A stretch of 64,000 bases of DNA from Bacteroidales bacterium (lineage in GTDB: Bacteria > Bacteroidota > Bacteroidia > Bacteroidales > Azobacteroidaceae): NCBI GenBank assembly GCA_031553755.1, contig JAVBKZ010000021.1:28251-92250 (forward strand). Direction: 5' to 3'. Position numbers and translations under genes: made by a program. Within the stretch, counting starts at the first letter, position 1. Each line of letters opens with the position of its first letter. This document shows, in pieces, positions 45,675 to 56,058 of this stretch. Below the pieces are notes generated by a model that saw only the letters and a list, made by a program, of their open reading frames with translations, had not been told where the DNA came from and did no database searches.

Positions 45675-47369
45675 ATGAAAAAAATAATCTATTTATTGTT
45701 GTTAATCATTTGCTTAACAAATGCTTACGCCCAAGATCCATTATTGGATATTTTGAAGAAGGAAGCAGATAGAAACCTGTCTGTATTAAGTAAAGAAGAA
45801 ACTCCAGCCTATTATATAAGCTATCGAGTATATGATACGGAAAATTATTCTATAAGTGCTAATCTTGGTAACCTGATGAATAGTAATTTTTATAGAGAAA
45901 GACCTTTCTTAGCGACCGTCAGAGTTGGAAGTCATGAGCTTGATAATACACGCGAATTAAGAGGAAATAGCAGGACTTTCAATAATAACTTTTCTTATAA
46001 TCTCTTGATTTTTGATAATGACAGTAAAGTAATACAAACTACGCTTTGGAGGAAAACCGATGAATTATACAAAAATGCCGTAAAAGATTATGCCAAAGTC
46101 AAAGCGAATATGGCTGTTACCGTAGCTTTAGAAGATAAATCTGATGATTTTTCAAAAGAAACTTCTGTGCAATATTATGAAAAACCAATATTGTTTAAAT
46201 CTCTTTCATTTGATGTGAAAGGGTGGGAGGATAAACTGAAAAAATATAGCAATGTTTTTACTTCCAATAAAGAAATATTGTCAGGTAGCGCGAATTTACA
46301 AGCACAACTCTGTCGGCGTTATTTTGTCGATACCGATGGAACAAAAGTAGTAGAAAACACGATCTCGTATCGCTTGTCGCTATCTGCTAATACTGTTGCT
46401 GAAGACGGAATGAATATTCCTCTCTATAAATCATATTTTGCACTCAAACCCGAAGATCTTCCTTCGGAAGAAAAAATATTAGCAGATATAAAGGAATTGG
46501 TAAACATGATCGTTCGTTTGAAAAACGCGCCTGTCGCGGAATCGTTTACTGGTCCTGCTTTGATGACATCGGAAGCGTCCAGTGTGTTTTTTCATGAAAT
46601 TTTCGGACATAGGATTGAGGGCGCTCGCCTGAAAATGGAAACAGATGCACAGACATTCAAAAACAAGATCGGAGAACTGGTTTTACCCGAAGACATCTCT
46701 GTTATTTTCGACCCGAAACTTGAAAATTATAAAGGATTTGATTTGTCGGGAAGTTACAAATACGACGATGAAGGAATTAAAGGCCAACGTGTAACAATTG
46801 TTGAAAATGGAATATTGAAGTCTTTTCTTATGAGTAGAGTTCCGATTACAGGATTCCCAAAATCGAACGGACATGGACGTGGCATGATTTATTTTAATAC
46901 AGTTACCCGGCAATCAAATATGTTTATAGAGTCTTCTAAACCTAAAACTATAAAAGAATTGAGGGGTATGGTTATCGAAGAAGCTAAAAATACGGGTAAA
47001 TCCTATGGATATCTTTTTGATGATGTATCGGGAGGATTTACGACTACCGGAAGATATATGCCAAATTCATTCAACGTAACTCCTTTGGTCGTTTACCGGA
47101 TTTATGTAGATGGCCGTCCTGATGAATTAGTCAGGGGAGTTGACCTTGTAGGAACGCCTCTCGCTATGTTTTCTCAAATTACGGCTTGTGGGAATGACCT
47201 TGGAATTTTTAATGGATATTGTGGAGCTGAGTCAGGTTCGATACCAGTATCTTGTGTTTCACCTTCTATTTTTGTAAAAATGGTAGAAACTCAAAAAAGG
47301 GTTAAATCTCAAAATCAACCACCTATATTGGAAAGGCCTGTTTCATCCATTATTTCATCTTCTAAATAA
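45675..47369 (+). CDS. Signal-peptide-bearing TldD-like metallopeptidase (TldD/PmbA family, HExxxH present)
   Basis: Signal peptide MKKIIYLLLLIICLTNAYAQ. HEIFGHRIEG zinc-binding motif as in TldD. Family-typical GIKGQRVTIVENGILKSFL and C-terminal region. Confidence 0.7.
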   Translation: MKKIIYLLLLIICLTNAYAQDPLLDILKKEADRNLSVLSKEETPAYYISYRVYDTENYSISANLGNLMNSNFYRERPFLATVRVGSHELDNTRELRGNSRTFNNNFSYNLLIFDNDSKVIQTTLWRKTDELYKNAVKDYAKVKANMAVTVALEDKSDDFSKETSVQYYEKPILFKSLSFDVKGWEDKLKKYSNVFTSNKEILSGSANLQAQLCRRYFVDTDGTKVVENTISYRLSLSANTVAEDGMNIPLYKSYFALKPEDLPSEEKILADIKELVNMIVRLKNAPVAESFTGPALMTSEASSVFFHEIFGHRIEGARLKMETDAQTFKNKIGELVLPEDISVIFDPKLENYKGFDLSGSYKYDDEGIKGQRVTIVENGILKSFLMSRVPITGFPKSNGHGRGMIYFNTVTRQSNMFIESSKPKTIKELRGMVIEEAKNTGKSYGYLFDDVSGGFTTTGRYMPNSFNVTPLVVYRIYVDGRPDELVRGVDLVGTPLAMFSQITACGNDLGIFNGYCGAESGSIPVSCVSPSIFVKMVETQKRVKSQNQPPILERPVSSIISSSK

Positions 47370-47378
47370 ACAACAATT

Positions 47379-49034
47379 ATGAATCTACAATATAAAAAAT
47401 TCTTTGTTTTTGGAGTATTTCTGTTTTTGAATATATCCTTCATTTGTTCGCAAAAAGAACAGGCTGTTATTGATCTTATGAAAACCGAAGTGGATCGTAA
47501 TCTTTCAGGATTGAAAATTGAAAATCTTCTTCCTCCTTTTTATATCCGGTATGTGATTTTGGATAACGAATTCTTGGATATGTCAGCTTCCGGAGGATTT
47601 ATATCACAATCCAATACGAGTAAAAGCCGTTATGGATTACCTTTTGTATTGGTGGGCGATTTTTTTCGCAACAATGTCAGTTATGTTTCCAATAGTGTCC
47701 CAATGTTTTTTATAAGTACTGAAGATTCAGGTATCGCGACCGGTATCTGGAATGGCTTGGATAATAAATACAAACAGGCTGCAGAAGATTTTGAGGCTAA
47801 AAAAGCGGTACTTAGCCAAGAAAATCAAACAATGGCACAGCAAAAGGTTGCAGATTATGAGGATACTCCTTGTCCTGATTTATTGTTGAAACCAGCAAAA
47901 ATGAATATGGACCCTATTTATTGGGAAAATTATATACGGAAAGGTTCGGAAGTTTTTAATAAATATCCTGAAATTATTTCTTCTCAAGTTTCAGTTGCCC
48001 ATAGAAATACGATGGCCTATTGCTATGATACAAAAAAAGGTAAATATGCAATTCCAAATTCTTATTACAAAATTACTGTAAATATTTCTATTTTGAATGA
48101 TAATGGACAGGTGTTGAATGACGATTGGCCGATTGAATATTCATATTTTGAATCGGTCCCGGATTTGAAATCATTTATCTCTTTATGTGAACAATATGCC
48201 GATGATATGATGAAGAGACGAAATGCTCCAATGGTAACTGATCCATATATAGGGCCTGTTTTGTTTGAAAATCATGCCGCGATGCAAACTTATGTTATGC
48301 AGTTTTTTTATAACCAGTCGTTGATGGCTCAAAAGAAACAAATTTTTTCACAAGGAAATAGTAATATTCCTTCTCCCGGACAGTCGATGGAAGACATGAT
48401 AGGAAAGCAGATCATATCTCCAAGTTTGAATATTGTTTCATTAACCGGTACTGAGAGTTACAATGGTGTCAAACTGGATGGATATTATCCGATGGATTTG
48501 GAAGGTGTTGTTCCTGACAAAGAACTGTTTTTGGTGAAGAAAGGAGTTCTGAAGACATTATTGAACAGAAGAATCCCTACATTAAAGGTTCCTCACACCA
48601 ATGGTCATGCACGGTTTAATGTTTTTTCAAGGCAAACAATTATTGCTCCCGGAAATATACATGTTTACAGCGATGAAGCAATTCCTCTTAGCGATTTGAA
48701 ACACAAATTGATTGCCGCTGCCAAAGAAGAAAATTTGGAATATGCATATATTGTTCGTAGAATGAGACCTAATTTGGTACTTTCTATTTACAAAATATAT
48801 GTAGAAGATGGACGGGAAGAATTGGTTCGAGGAGCTATGATTCAAGGACTAAACCTTAGATCTTTCAAAAAAATATTGGGGGTTTCGAAAGAAGAATTTT
48901 TCTATAACCATACAGGTCTTGGCCAGATAGCGACTTATATAGTTCCTTACGGTATATTATTTGAAGAAATGGAAGTTTTGAGAGATAATAAAATATCCTT
49001 GAAACCACCTTATGTAGTTCCTCAACCCAATTGA
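47379..49034 (+). CDS. Signal-peptide-bearing PmbA/TldE-like partner protein (no HExxxH seen)
   Basis: Signal-like N-terminus MNLQYKKFFVFGVFLFLNISFICSQ. Overall colinearity with the preceding gene (ETDRNLS-type N-terminus, KKGVLKTLLNRR.., VRGAMIQGL..) but no metal-binding motif. 9 nt gap to the TldD-like gene. Confidence 0.6.
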   Translation: MNLQYKKFFVFGVFLFLNISFICSQKEQAVIDLMKTEVDRNLSGLKIENLLPPFYIRYVILDNEFLDMSASGGFISQSNTSKSRYGLPFVLVGDFFRNNVSYVSNSVPMFFISTEDSGIATGIWNGLDNKYKQAAEDFEAKKAVLSQENQTMAQQKVADYEDTPCPDLLLKPAKMNMDPIYWENYIRKGSEVFNKYPEIISSQVSVAHRNTMAYCYDTKKGKYAIPNSYYKITVNISILNDNGQVLNDDWPIEYSYFESVPDLKSFISLCEQYADDMMKRRNAPMVTDPYIGPVLFENHAAMQTYVMQFFYNQSLMAQKKQIFSQGNSNIPSPGQSMEDMIGKQIISPSLNIVSLTGTESYNGVKLDGYYPMDLEGVVPDKELFLVKKGVLKTLLNRRIPTLKVPHTNGHARFNVFSRQTIIAPGNIHVYSDEAIPLSDLKHKLIAAAKEENLEYAYIVRRMRPNLVLSIYKIYVEDGREELVRGAMIQGLNLRSFKKILGVSKEEFFYNHTGLGQIATYIVPYGILFEEMEVLRDNKISLKPPYVVPQPN

Positions 49035-49063
49035 TATTTTTTGAATTTTTAAAATTATATAAT

Positions 49064-51850
49064 ATGAGATTCCCTAAATTTATAAATAGCAACAGACTAT
49101 TTTGCCTCATTTTTTTTGTGTTTGCAACATCTTTCGTATTTGCTCAAAAACCGGTACCCTATTTGCAAACACCTACACCAAATTCTATTTGGGTTAATTG
49201 GCGTACAACTATTTCTTTAGAGAGTAAAGTATTGTATGGAGAATCAGCATCTTCTCTCGATGAAATAGCAACCGGTGATACGCAAACATTGACAGATCCC
49301 GGCGATAATTACACCAAAAATTATTATTACCACGGAGTTCAACTTACAAATTTGAAACCCGGTACACGGTATTTTTATAAAGTAGTGAGCGAATCTGAAA
49401 CATCAGATGTTTATAGTTTTAAAACATCTCCGGCCGATGGCTCAACCAGTATTTATCGCTTTATTATTTTGGGAGATCACCAACTATATGATGATCGTTA
49501 CGAACGCCTGATGAAAGCGGCTAAAGCTAAAGCTGAAGAAAAATACGGAACACCTATTGAAGATCATATAAATCTGATTACCAATGTGGGAGATCAGGTA
49601 GATAAAGGAACTTTGAAGCAATATGAAGAAGTACACTTCAAACGTTCGGAATCACTTTCTCCCAACCTTCCGATCCTAACCATTGTTGGAAATCACGAAA
49701 CTTATGGAACTCTCGGATTAAATGCTTACGCGGCACATTATTTTTATGATAATATCGAATATAAAGGAATCAAAAGCGGTAGTGAGTTTTACTATGCAAC
49801 GCAACAAGGCAGGGCCTTATTTTTGATGTTAAGTAGTGAAGGTATTCACACGAATAATACTCAACTTAGTTGGGCAAAGCAAGTTATTGAAACCGCGAAA
49901 AATGATCCTAATATTGATTGGATTTTTAGTTATAATCACCGTCCATTGCAAGCCGAACAATATATTGGAGATATTTCAACTTGGGTTGTGAATCAAATCA
50001 TGCCACTGTTGAATACTACCGAAAAATCGGTCATGAATGTTTCCGGACATCACCATCTCTATCACAGAGGGCAATTAAGGGATTATCCGACTTATCATAT
50101 TATTACGGGCGGTGCAGCATGGGATCAACGTTGGGGACAATCTACTGAAAAAGATTTTGACGATGTGCAAAAAACGATTGATTATTGGCCTTTTCAGATT
50201 GTAGAATTGAATCCTGCCGAAAAATCAATGTATGTGGAAACCTATGTAATAGGTAATCAAGTGGAGACATTCAGTCAAGCGATTTTAGTTGATTCTTTTT
50301 CAAGAAAATTCGGACAAAAACGACCGAATAAACCATCTGTTCTTCCATTAACAAATGAAACCATTGAATTGCCTTATACTTTCCAAAGTAGTCCTTATTC
50401 CACCGAAAGCGGATATGAATATAACAGCGTTCAGTTTCAAGTTTCTTCATCTTCTGATTTTCAGAAACTGGAGTTTGACTTGATTCGTGATTATGAAAAT
50501 ATTTATGGCGCTCATCCTTCAGGATGTGTTCTGACGGATATAAATAAAGGTGTTGATATTTTCAAACAAGAAATTGCTAAAAATAAATTATACAACGGAA
50601 ATCATTATATCCGTGTGCGTCATCGCGATAAAAATGCGGAATGGTCGGAATGGTCAGATCCCGTATCATTTACTACCATCAATGGATTATCCGGAGAATG
50701 TTCGTTGATTTCTGCTAAAAGGATTTATGCAAGTGGTGAAAACTTAAATTTCTCTTTTTCCAATGCAAGAAATGAATCCAATCAATGGGTAGGAATTTAT
50801 AAAGAAACTCAAACACCCGGTTCAAGCTCTCCTTCCATTATTTGGAAGTATATGGGAGGCGAATCAGGGACTGTTATTTTCGATAAATCGACATCAAAAT
50901 TCGACCAAGTAACATCAGGTGTTTATTATGCCGCGTTATTCAAAGATGGAGGATATGAAGTCATCGCGAAATCGGGATTGTTTTATGTAGGAATAGTTCC
51001 TTACTTGGAAAGCGATAAACTTAAATATAATGTTGGAGAAGCTATTACTGTCGGAATTCATAATGCTCCGAAATTGACAAATGATTGGATTGGTATTTAT
51101 AAAATGGGACAAACGCCCGGGCCAAGTCCTCAGCCCGCAGCTTCTGCTTGGGGATATGTTAAAAACGCGACAGATAACGCGTTGAAAATTCAATCGGCAA
51201 GCTTGAGCAAGGGATATTATTTCATTACTTATATGATGCAAGATAAGTATTTTGAGCCGGGAGACCGTATTTTTATCCAAGTTGGAGAAGAAATATCAAC
51301 TCTATCATTAGATAAAACTACTTACTACAAAGATGAACCTATTGTTTTTCATTATGCCGATGGACCGGGTACTCCGAAAGATTATATCGGAATTTATAAA
51401 GAAGGAGATGTCTATGGTGTCGATGAACTAACTACTTACCTATATGTGTATGGAGAAGTTACCGGTGATTTGAGTTGGGATAAAAAAATATCAGGAGAAT
51501 TACTTCCTGAAGGAAATTATTACGCGTACTTCTTTACAAACGACAGTTATGACGCTGTTTCCAACAAAGTTACATTTACTGTTAGTCATAACGTAAATTC
51601 CGGATTAAAACAATTTTCTTCGGGAGAAGGTGTGAAAATATTTCCTAATCCGGCAAAATCACAGATAAGTGTAGAACTTGAAAATAAATTACAGGCAGAT
51701 ATCACAGCCTTTCTTTATGATATTTCTGGAAATTTAATAAAGAGCTATCTTTTTGATAAACAGAGTAATGTAATTAATGTTTCAGGTTTCCCTTCAGGAA
51801 TTTATTCTTTGAAAATAGAAGATAGGGTAGCAAAAATTATAATTCAATAA
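49064..51850 (+). CDS. T9SS-targeted purple-acid-phosphatase-like metallophosphoesterase with three C-terminal W(I/V)GIYK repeat modules
   Basis: The ORF opens with a TTG at 49031; the ATG at 49064 gives the signal peptide MRFPKFINSNRLFCLIFFVFATSFVFAQ. FN3-like PAP N-domain (WVNWRT..YYHGVQLTNLKPGTRYFYKV). Metallophosphoesterase motifs ILGDHQ, VGDQVDKG, VGNHE, SGHHHLYHR. Three roughly 100-aa modules marked WVGIYKETQTPG, WIGIYKMGQTPG and YIGIYKEGDVYG. T9SS tail (VKIFPNPAKSQ..GIYSLKI..KIIIQ). Confidence 0.75.
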   Translation: MRFPKFINSNRLFCLIFFVFATSFVFAQKPVPYLQTPTPNSIWVNWRTTISLESKVLYGESASSLDEIATGDTQTLTDPGDNYTKNYYYHGVQLTNLKPGTRYFYKVVSESETSDVYSFKTSPADGSTSIYRFIILGDHQLYDDRYERLMKAAKAKAEEKYGTPIEDHINLITNVGDQVDKGTLKQYEEVHFKRSESLSPNLPILTIVGNHETYGTLGLNAYAAHYFYDNIEYKGIKSGSEFYYATQQGRALFLMLSSEGIHTNNTQLSWAKQVIETAKNDPNIDWIFSYNHRPLQAEQYIGDISTWVVNQIMPLLNTTEKSVMNVSGHHHLYHRGQLRDYPTYHIITGGAAWDQRWGQSTEKDFDDVQKTIDYWPFQIVELNPAEKSMYVETYVIGNQVETFSQAILVDSFSRKFGQKRPNKPSVLPLTNETIELPYTFQSSPYSTESGYEYNSVQFQVSSSSDFQKLEFDLIRDYENIYGAHPSGCVLTDINKGVDIFKQEIAKNKLYNGNHYIRVRHRDKNAEWSEWSDPVSFTTINGLSGECSLISAKRIYASGENLNFSFSNARNESNQWVGIYKETQTPGSSSPSIIWKYMGGESGTVIFDKSTSKFDQVTSGVYYAALFKDGGYEVIAKSGLFYVGIVPYLESDKLKYNVGEAITVGIHNAPKLTNDWIGIYKMGQTPGPSPQPAASAWGYVKNATDNALKIQSASLSKGYYFITYMMQDKYFEPGDRIFIQVGEEISTLSLDKTTYYKDEPIVFHYADGPGTPKDYIGIYKEGDVYGVDELTTYLYVYGEVTGDLSWDKKISGELLPEGNYYAYFFTNDSYDAVSNKVTFTVSHNVNSGLKQFSSGEGVKIFPNPAKSQISVELENKLQADITAFLYDISGNLIKSYLFDKQSNVINVSGFPSGIYSLKIEDRVAKIIIQ

Positions 51851-51858
51851 AATTTCAT

Positions 51859-53496
51859 ATGAGATTTTGCTTAAAAATAGTAGTATTAGTCGGGTTTGGA
51901 TTGTTTTCTCTCAGTTTGTTTGCTGAAGAAATATCCATCAAAGTAACTAAAAAATATTTGAATTTTCCTATTTCACACAAACAGGAAAGAGCAAGAATGA
52001 CAATCATTTCAAAAAATAAACCGGATTTGTCAGTTGTAATACGTCTTGCAGCCGAAGATTGTGATTATTGGGTGTTTAAAGATGTTTCAGCGTTGAAAGG
52101 AGAAACAATTAAGATTAGTTATGAAGGCAATGCGAAAGGATTAAGTAAAATATATCAGGATGATATAATTGCAGGGCAGGACTCCTTATACAAAGAAAAA
52201 AATCGACCTCAATTTCACTTTACGACACAACGAGGATGGATTAATGATCCTAACGGATTGATCTATTACGAAGGCGAATATCATTTGTTTTATCAACACA
52301 ATCCTTACGAACGGGATTGGGAGAATATGCATTGGGGACACGCTGTCAGTAAAGATTTGATTCATTGGAACGAATTACCCAGTGCGCTTTATCCTGATAA
52401 TTTAGGAGCAATGTTTTCCGGTTCTGCCATTATTGATTATGATAATACTTCCGGATTTGGTAAAGGAAAAACACCGCCTATGGTTGTTGCCTATACGGCG
52501 GCGGCTCCGGATAGGCAAACTCAATGTATAGCGTACAGCCATGATAAAGGCCGTAGTTTTATCAAATATACAAACAATCCGGTAATTGATTCAAAAGAAA
52601 AATGGAACAGTGTAGACACACGAGACCCGAAAGTGTTTTGGTATAAACCCGGAAAACATTGGGTAATGGTACTCAACGAACGAGATGGGCATTCAATTTA
52701 TAATTCTGTAGATCTGAAAGATTGGAAGTTTGAAAGCCATATAACAGGATTCTGGGAATGTCCGGAATTGTTTGAATTGGCTGTAGATGGTAATCTCAAT
52801 AATACCAAATGGGTAATGTATGGAGCATCCGGTACATACATGCTTGGAGCATTTGATGGAAAAGTATTTACACCCGAATCCGGAAAATATTTATATACCA
52901 AAGGTTCTATATACGCGGCTCAGACCTTTACTAATATGCCGGATGGTAGACGTGTGCAAATCGGTTGGGGGCGTATAAGCCATCCGAATATGCCTTTTAA
53001 CGGAATGATGTTGCTCCCAACCGAACTGAAACTTCGTTCCACAAAAAATGGATCAAGACTGTTTAATATGCCGGTAGAGGAGGTTAAACAGCTTTTAAAA
53101 CTTCAAAAAAGTTGGAAATCTTTGACTTCGGAGGAAGCGAATGCGAAGATGAAAGAATTTAATAATGTCGATTTTCTGAAAATAAAAGCGAAGATAAAAT
53201 TGTCGCATGCTACAAGCACAGGTCTCGATCTTTTCTCGCAGAGAATTATTGATTACGATATGAATTCAAATCTCGTAAACGGAACTTTTTATTCGCCCGA
53301 TGATATGACGAGTATGGAAATTTTGGCCGATATATATATAGATAAAACATCAATAGAAGTGTTTATTGATGGAGGTGCATATTCTTATTCCATGGAAAAG
53401 AAACCAAATCAAAACAACAAAGATGGATTTCATTTCTGGGGAAATAATATTGAGGTGAAGGAATTGGAAGTTTATTCGGTTAATTCAATTTGGTAG
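51859..53496 (+). CDS. GH32 beta-fructofuranosidase / fructan hydrolase
   Basis: Signal peptide. GH32 catalytic motifs WINDPNGLIYYEGEYHLFYQHNP, RDPKVFW and FWECPELF. Confidence 0.9.
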   Translation: MRFCLKIVVLVGFGLFSLSLFAEEISIKVTKKYLNFPISHKQERARMTIISKNKPDLSVVIRLAAEDCDYWVFKDVSALKGETIKISYEGNAKGLSKIYQDDIIAGQDSLYKEKNRPQFHFTTQRGWINDPNGLIYYEGEYHLFYQHNPYERDWENMHWGHAVSKDLIHWNELPSALYPDNLGAMFSGSAIIDYDNTSGFGKGKTPPMVVAYTAAAPDRQTQCIAYSHDKGRSFIKYTNNPVIDSKEKWNSVDTRDPKVFWYKPGKHWVMVLNERDGHSIYNSVDLKDWKFESHITGFWECPELFELAVDGNLNNTKWVMYGASGTYMLGAFDGKVFTPESGKYLYTKGSIYAAQTFTNMPDGRRVQIGWGRISHPNMPFNGMMLLPTELKLRSTKNGSRLFNMPVEEVKQLLKLQKSWKSLTSEEANAKMKEFNNVDFLKIKAKIKLSHATSTGLDLFSQRIIDYDMNSNLVNGTFYSPDDMTSMEILADIYIDKTSIEVFIDGGAYSYSMEKKPNQNNKDGFHFWGNNIEVKELEVYSVNSIW

Positions 53497-53536
53497 AGTT
53501 TAGGTAAATTTTTAAAATAAAGAATATAAAGAGACG

Positions 53537-56050
53537 ATGTTTAAAAGATTTTTTTTAGTAGTGCCGAGGATACTATTCTTTTTTATAGGTATTTCAATTT
53601 TTTCCGGATGTAAAGAAAAATTTGATTATATACCGAATACTTTGCGTGCGCCGGCTTACCCGCTTGTGACTATTGATACGTATACGAATGGTTGGTTGTT
53701 TGGAGATACATTGTATAAAGAACAAATTTGTCATAATACGGGAAGAAAATTTCCATTGTTGGGATTAATACGTGTTGATGGTAAGAATTTTCGATTTATG
53801 GGCAATGTTGAAAATGCTATTTATGCCCCTTTGGCTGATGTTTCAGAACAAGGAGAGTGGGAAGGGAAATATACATTTGTTGAACCCGATAAAAATTGGA
53901 TTTCGGCTAATTATGATGATGATAAATGGGCGACAGGAAAAGGTGCGTTTGGTTACTTTGATATTAATAAAGTAACGCCTATAGTACGAACTTCTTGGAA
54001 AGGGCAACACATTTGGGTAAGAAGAGAACTTACCTTAGAAGAAGATTTGGCCGGAAAAGAAGTTTATTTGCAATTTTCGAATGATGATGCCGCAGAAATA
54101 TATATAAACGGCGTTGAAGTAGTTAACACTGGTAATGTTGTGAAAATGAATGAAAGAATCAAACTTTCAGATGAAGTTGTCGCGACTCTTCGCAAAGGTA
54201 AAAATATCATGGCCGCTCATTGTATGAATAGGATGAGAAATGCCATAATAGATTTTGGATTAAGCGTTAGTCAACCGGTATTTCCTTCATTAGAACAAAC
54301 AGCGACTCAAAAATCAGTTGAAGTACAACCTACACAGACAATTTATACATTTACTTGTGATTCTGTCAACTTAAAATTAACATTTACAGCTCCTTTATTG
54401 ATGAATGATTTGGAATTGTTATCTCGTCCGGTAAATTACATTTCATACGAAGTTATTTCTAAAGACGCTAAGAAACATGATGTTGAATTATATTTTGAAG
54501 CAGGGCCTGAATGGTCATTAAGCTCAGATTATCAGGAATGTAAGAGTGAATCATTTGAAAAAGATAATCTTGTTTTTCTTAAAACCGGTTCTGTAGCGCA
54601 AGAAGTACTGAATAAAAGAACCATTCCTTATATAGATTGGGGATATTTTTACCTTGTTTCAAAAAAGACAGATACTTATTCCGGTGTTGGCGATTATTGT
54701 GAAATGAGAACTGATTTTTGTTCCAAAGGTTTTGTTAAAAAATCACAAAAAAAATCACCAAACAAAAAAAATCACATAGCAGTCAGTCATTCTCTTGGAA
54801 AAGTGAAAGATTCAAAAAGCGGTTTTGTCATGCTTGGATATGACGATGTATATTCCGTACAATATTTCGGACAAAAATTGCGTCCCTATTGGAATCGTTC
54901 CGCGGATAAGAACATATTACAAATGTTTGAACTTGCGGAAAAAGAATACAAAAAAATACAAAAACAATGTAACCAATTTGATGTGGAAATGTTGAATTAT
55001 GCTTCAAAATGCGGCGGAAAAGAATATGCCGAACTTTGCGCGTTAGCATACAGGCAATCAGTTTCGGCACATAAATTGCTTGAAGCTCCTAATGGGGATT
55101 TATTATTTTTATCTCACACACTAGAAAAAACAGCGACTGTAGACGTTACATATCCGTCTGCGCCTTTGTTTTTATTATATAATGTAGAACTATTGAAAGC
55201 AATGTTGAACCCGATATTTCATTATGTAGAAAATGAAAATTGGAACTACCCTTTCGCTCCTCATGATATAGGAGAATATCCTTATGCTGATGGTCAGACT
55301 TCTGATTATTATCGTCTTCCGGTTGAAGAGTCGGGTAATATGCTCATCCTTACTGCTGCGATTGCGTCTATGGAAGGTAATGCCGATTATGCGAAAAAAC
55401 ATTGGAACACTTTGTCCAAGTGGGCGGATTATCTTTTTAATGAAGGGTTTGATCCGGCCAAACAACTATCTACGGATGTTTTTGCCGGATATACCACTCA
55501 CGATACTAATTTATCAATTAAAGCAATACTTGGCATAGCTTCGTATGCCCGTTTAGCAGACATGTTGGGAAAAAATGAAATTGCGAAAAAATATTCGATG
55601 GAAGCGCGTTCATTGGCTTTGAAATGGACTAAAATGGCTGATAATGGAGATTATTACCGGTTTGCGTTCGATCAACCGGATACGTGGAGTCAAAAATACA
55701 ACTTGGTTTGGGATAAAATAATGAAAATAGATGTATTTCCTCATGAAGTACGTGAAAAAGAAGTGGCCCATTATCTGAAGAAACAAAATGAATATGGATT
55801 ACCTTTAGATAGTCGACATTTGTATACAAAGGCGGACTGGATCGTTTGGAGCGCGACATTATCTCCTAATATTGAAACTTTTCAAGAATTTATAATTCTT
55901 CTTCATAAATATGTAGATGAAACACCGGTCAGAAGGCCCATGGCGGATTGGTATTGGACAAATACCTTTGAAAATCCCGATTTTCATGCGCGTTCTGTAG
56001 TCGGCGCTTTTTTTATAAAAATGATGGAAGATAAATTAATTAATAAATAA
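53537..56050 (+). CDS. DUF4965/DUF5127/DUF1793 (glutaminase-A-like) lipoprotein with inserted galactose-binding-like jelly roll
   Basis: Lipobox ISIFSGCKE. LRAPAYPLVTIDTYTNGW N-terminus. Insert with W..IWVRRELTL..YLQFSNDDAAEIYINGVEV. C-terminal helical region (YPSAPLFLLYN, VEESGNMLILTAAIA, YNLVWDK, YGLPLDSRHLYTKADWIVW) as in glutaminase-A-like proteins. Confidence 0.7.
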   Translation: MFKRFFLVVPRILFFFIGISIFSGCKEKFDYIPNTLRAPAYPLVTIDTYTNGWLFGDTLYKEQICHNTGRKFPLLGLIRVDGKNFRFMGNVENAIYAPLADVSEQGEWEGKYTFVEPDKNWISANYDDDKWATGKGAFGYFDINKVTPIVRTSWKGQHIWVRRELTLEEDLAGKEVYLQFSNDDAAEIYINGVEVVNTGNVVKMNERIKLSDEVVATLRKGKNIMAAHCMNRMRNAIIDFGLSVSQPVFPSLEQTATQKSVEVQPTQTIYTFTCDSVNLKLTFTAPLLMNDLELLSRPVNYISYEVISKDAKKHDVELYFEAGPEWSLSSDYQECKSESFEKDNLVFLKTGSVAQEVLNKRTIPYIDWGYFYLVSKKTDTYSGVGDYCEMRTDFCSKGFVKKSQKKSPNKKNHIAVSHSLGKVKDSKSGFVMLGYDDVYSVQYFGQKLRPYWNRSADKNILQMFELAEKEYKKIQKQCNQFDVEMLNYASKCGGKEYAELCALAYRQSVSAHKLLEAPNGDLLFLSHTLEKTATVDVTYPSAPLFLLYNVELLKAMLNPIFHYVENENWNYPFAPHDIGEYPYADGQTSDYYRLPVEESGNMLILTAAIASMEGNADYAKKHWNTLSKWADYLFNEGFDPAKQLSTDVFAGYTTHDTNLSIKAILGIASYARLADMLGKNEIAKKYSMEARSLALKWTKMADNGDYYRFAFDQPDTWSQKYNLVWDKIMKIDVFPHEVREKEVAHYLKKQNEYGLPLDSRHLYTKADWIVWSATLSPNIETFQEFIILLHKYVDETPVRRPMADWYWTNTFENPDFHARSVVGAFFIKMMEDKLINK

Positions 56051-56058
56051 ATAAAGCG

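Noticed and set aside
45675-49034. The TldD/PmbA pair as part of a microcin/RiPP maturation locus.
   Set aside because: No precursor peptide, modification enzymes or dedicated exporter are nearby. Both proteins have export signals, whereas the microcin-processing TldD/E act in the cytoplasm.
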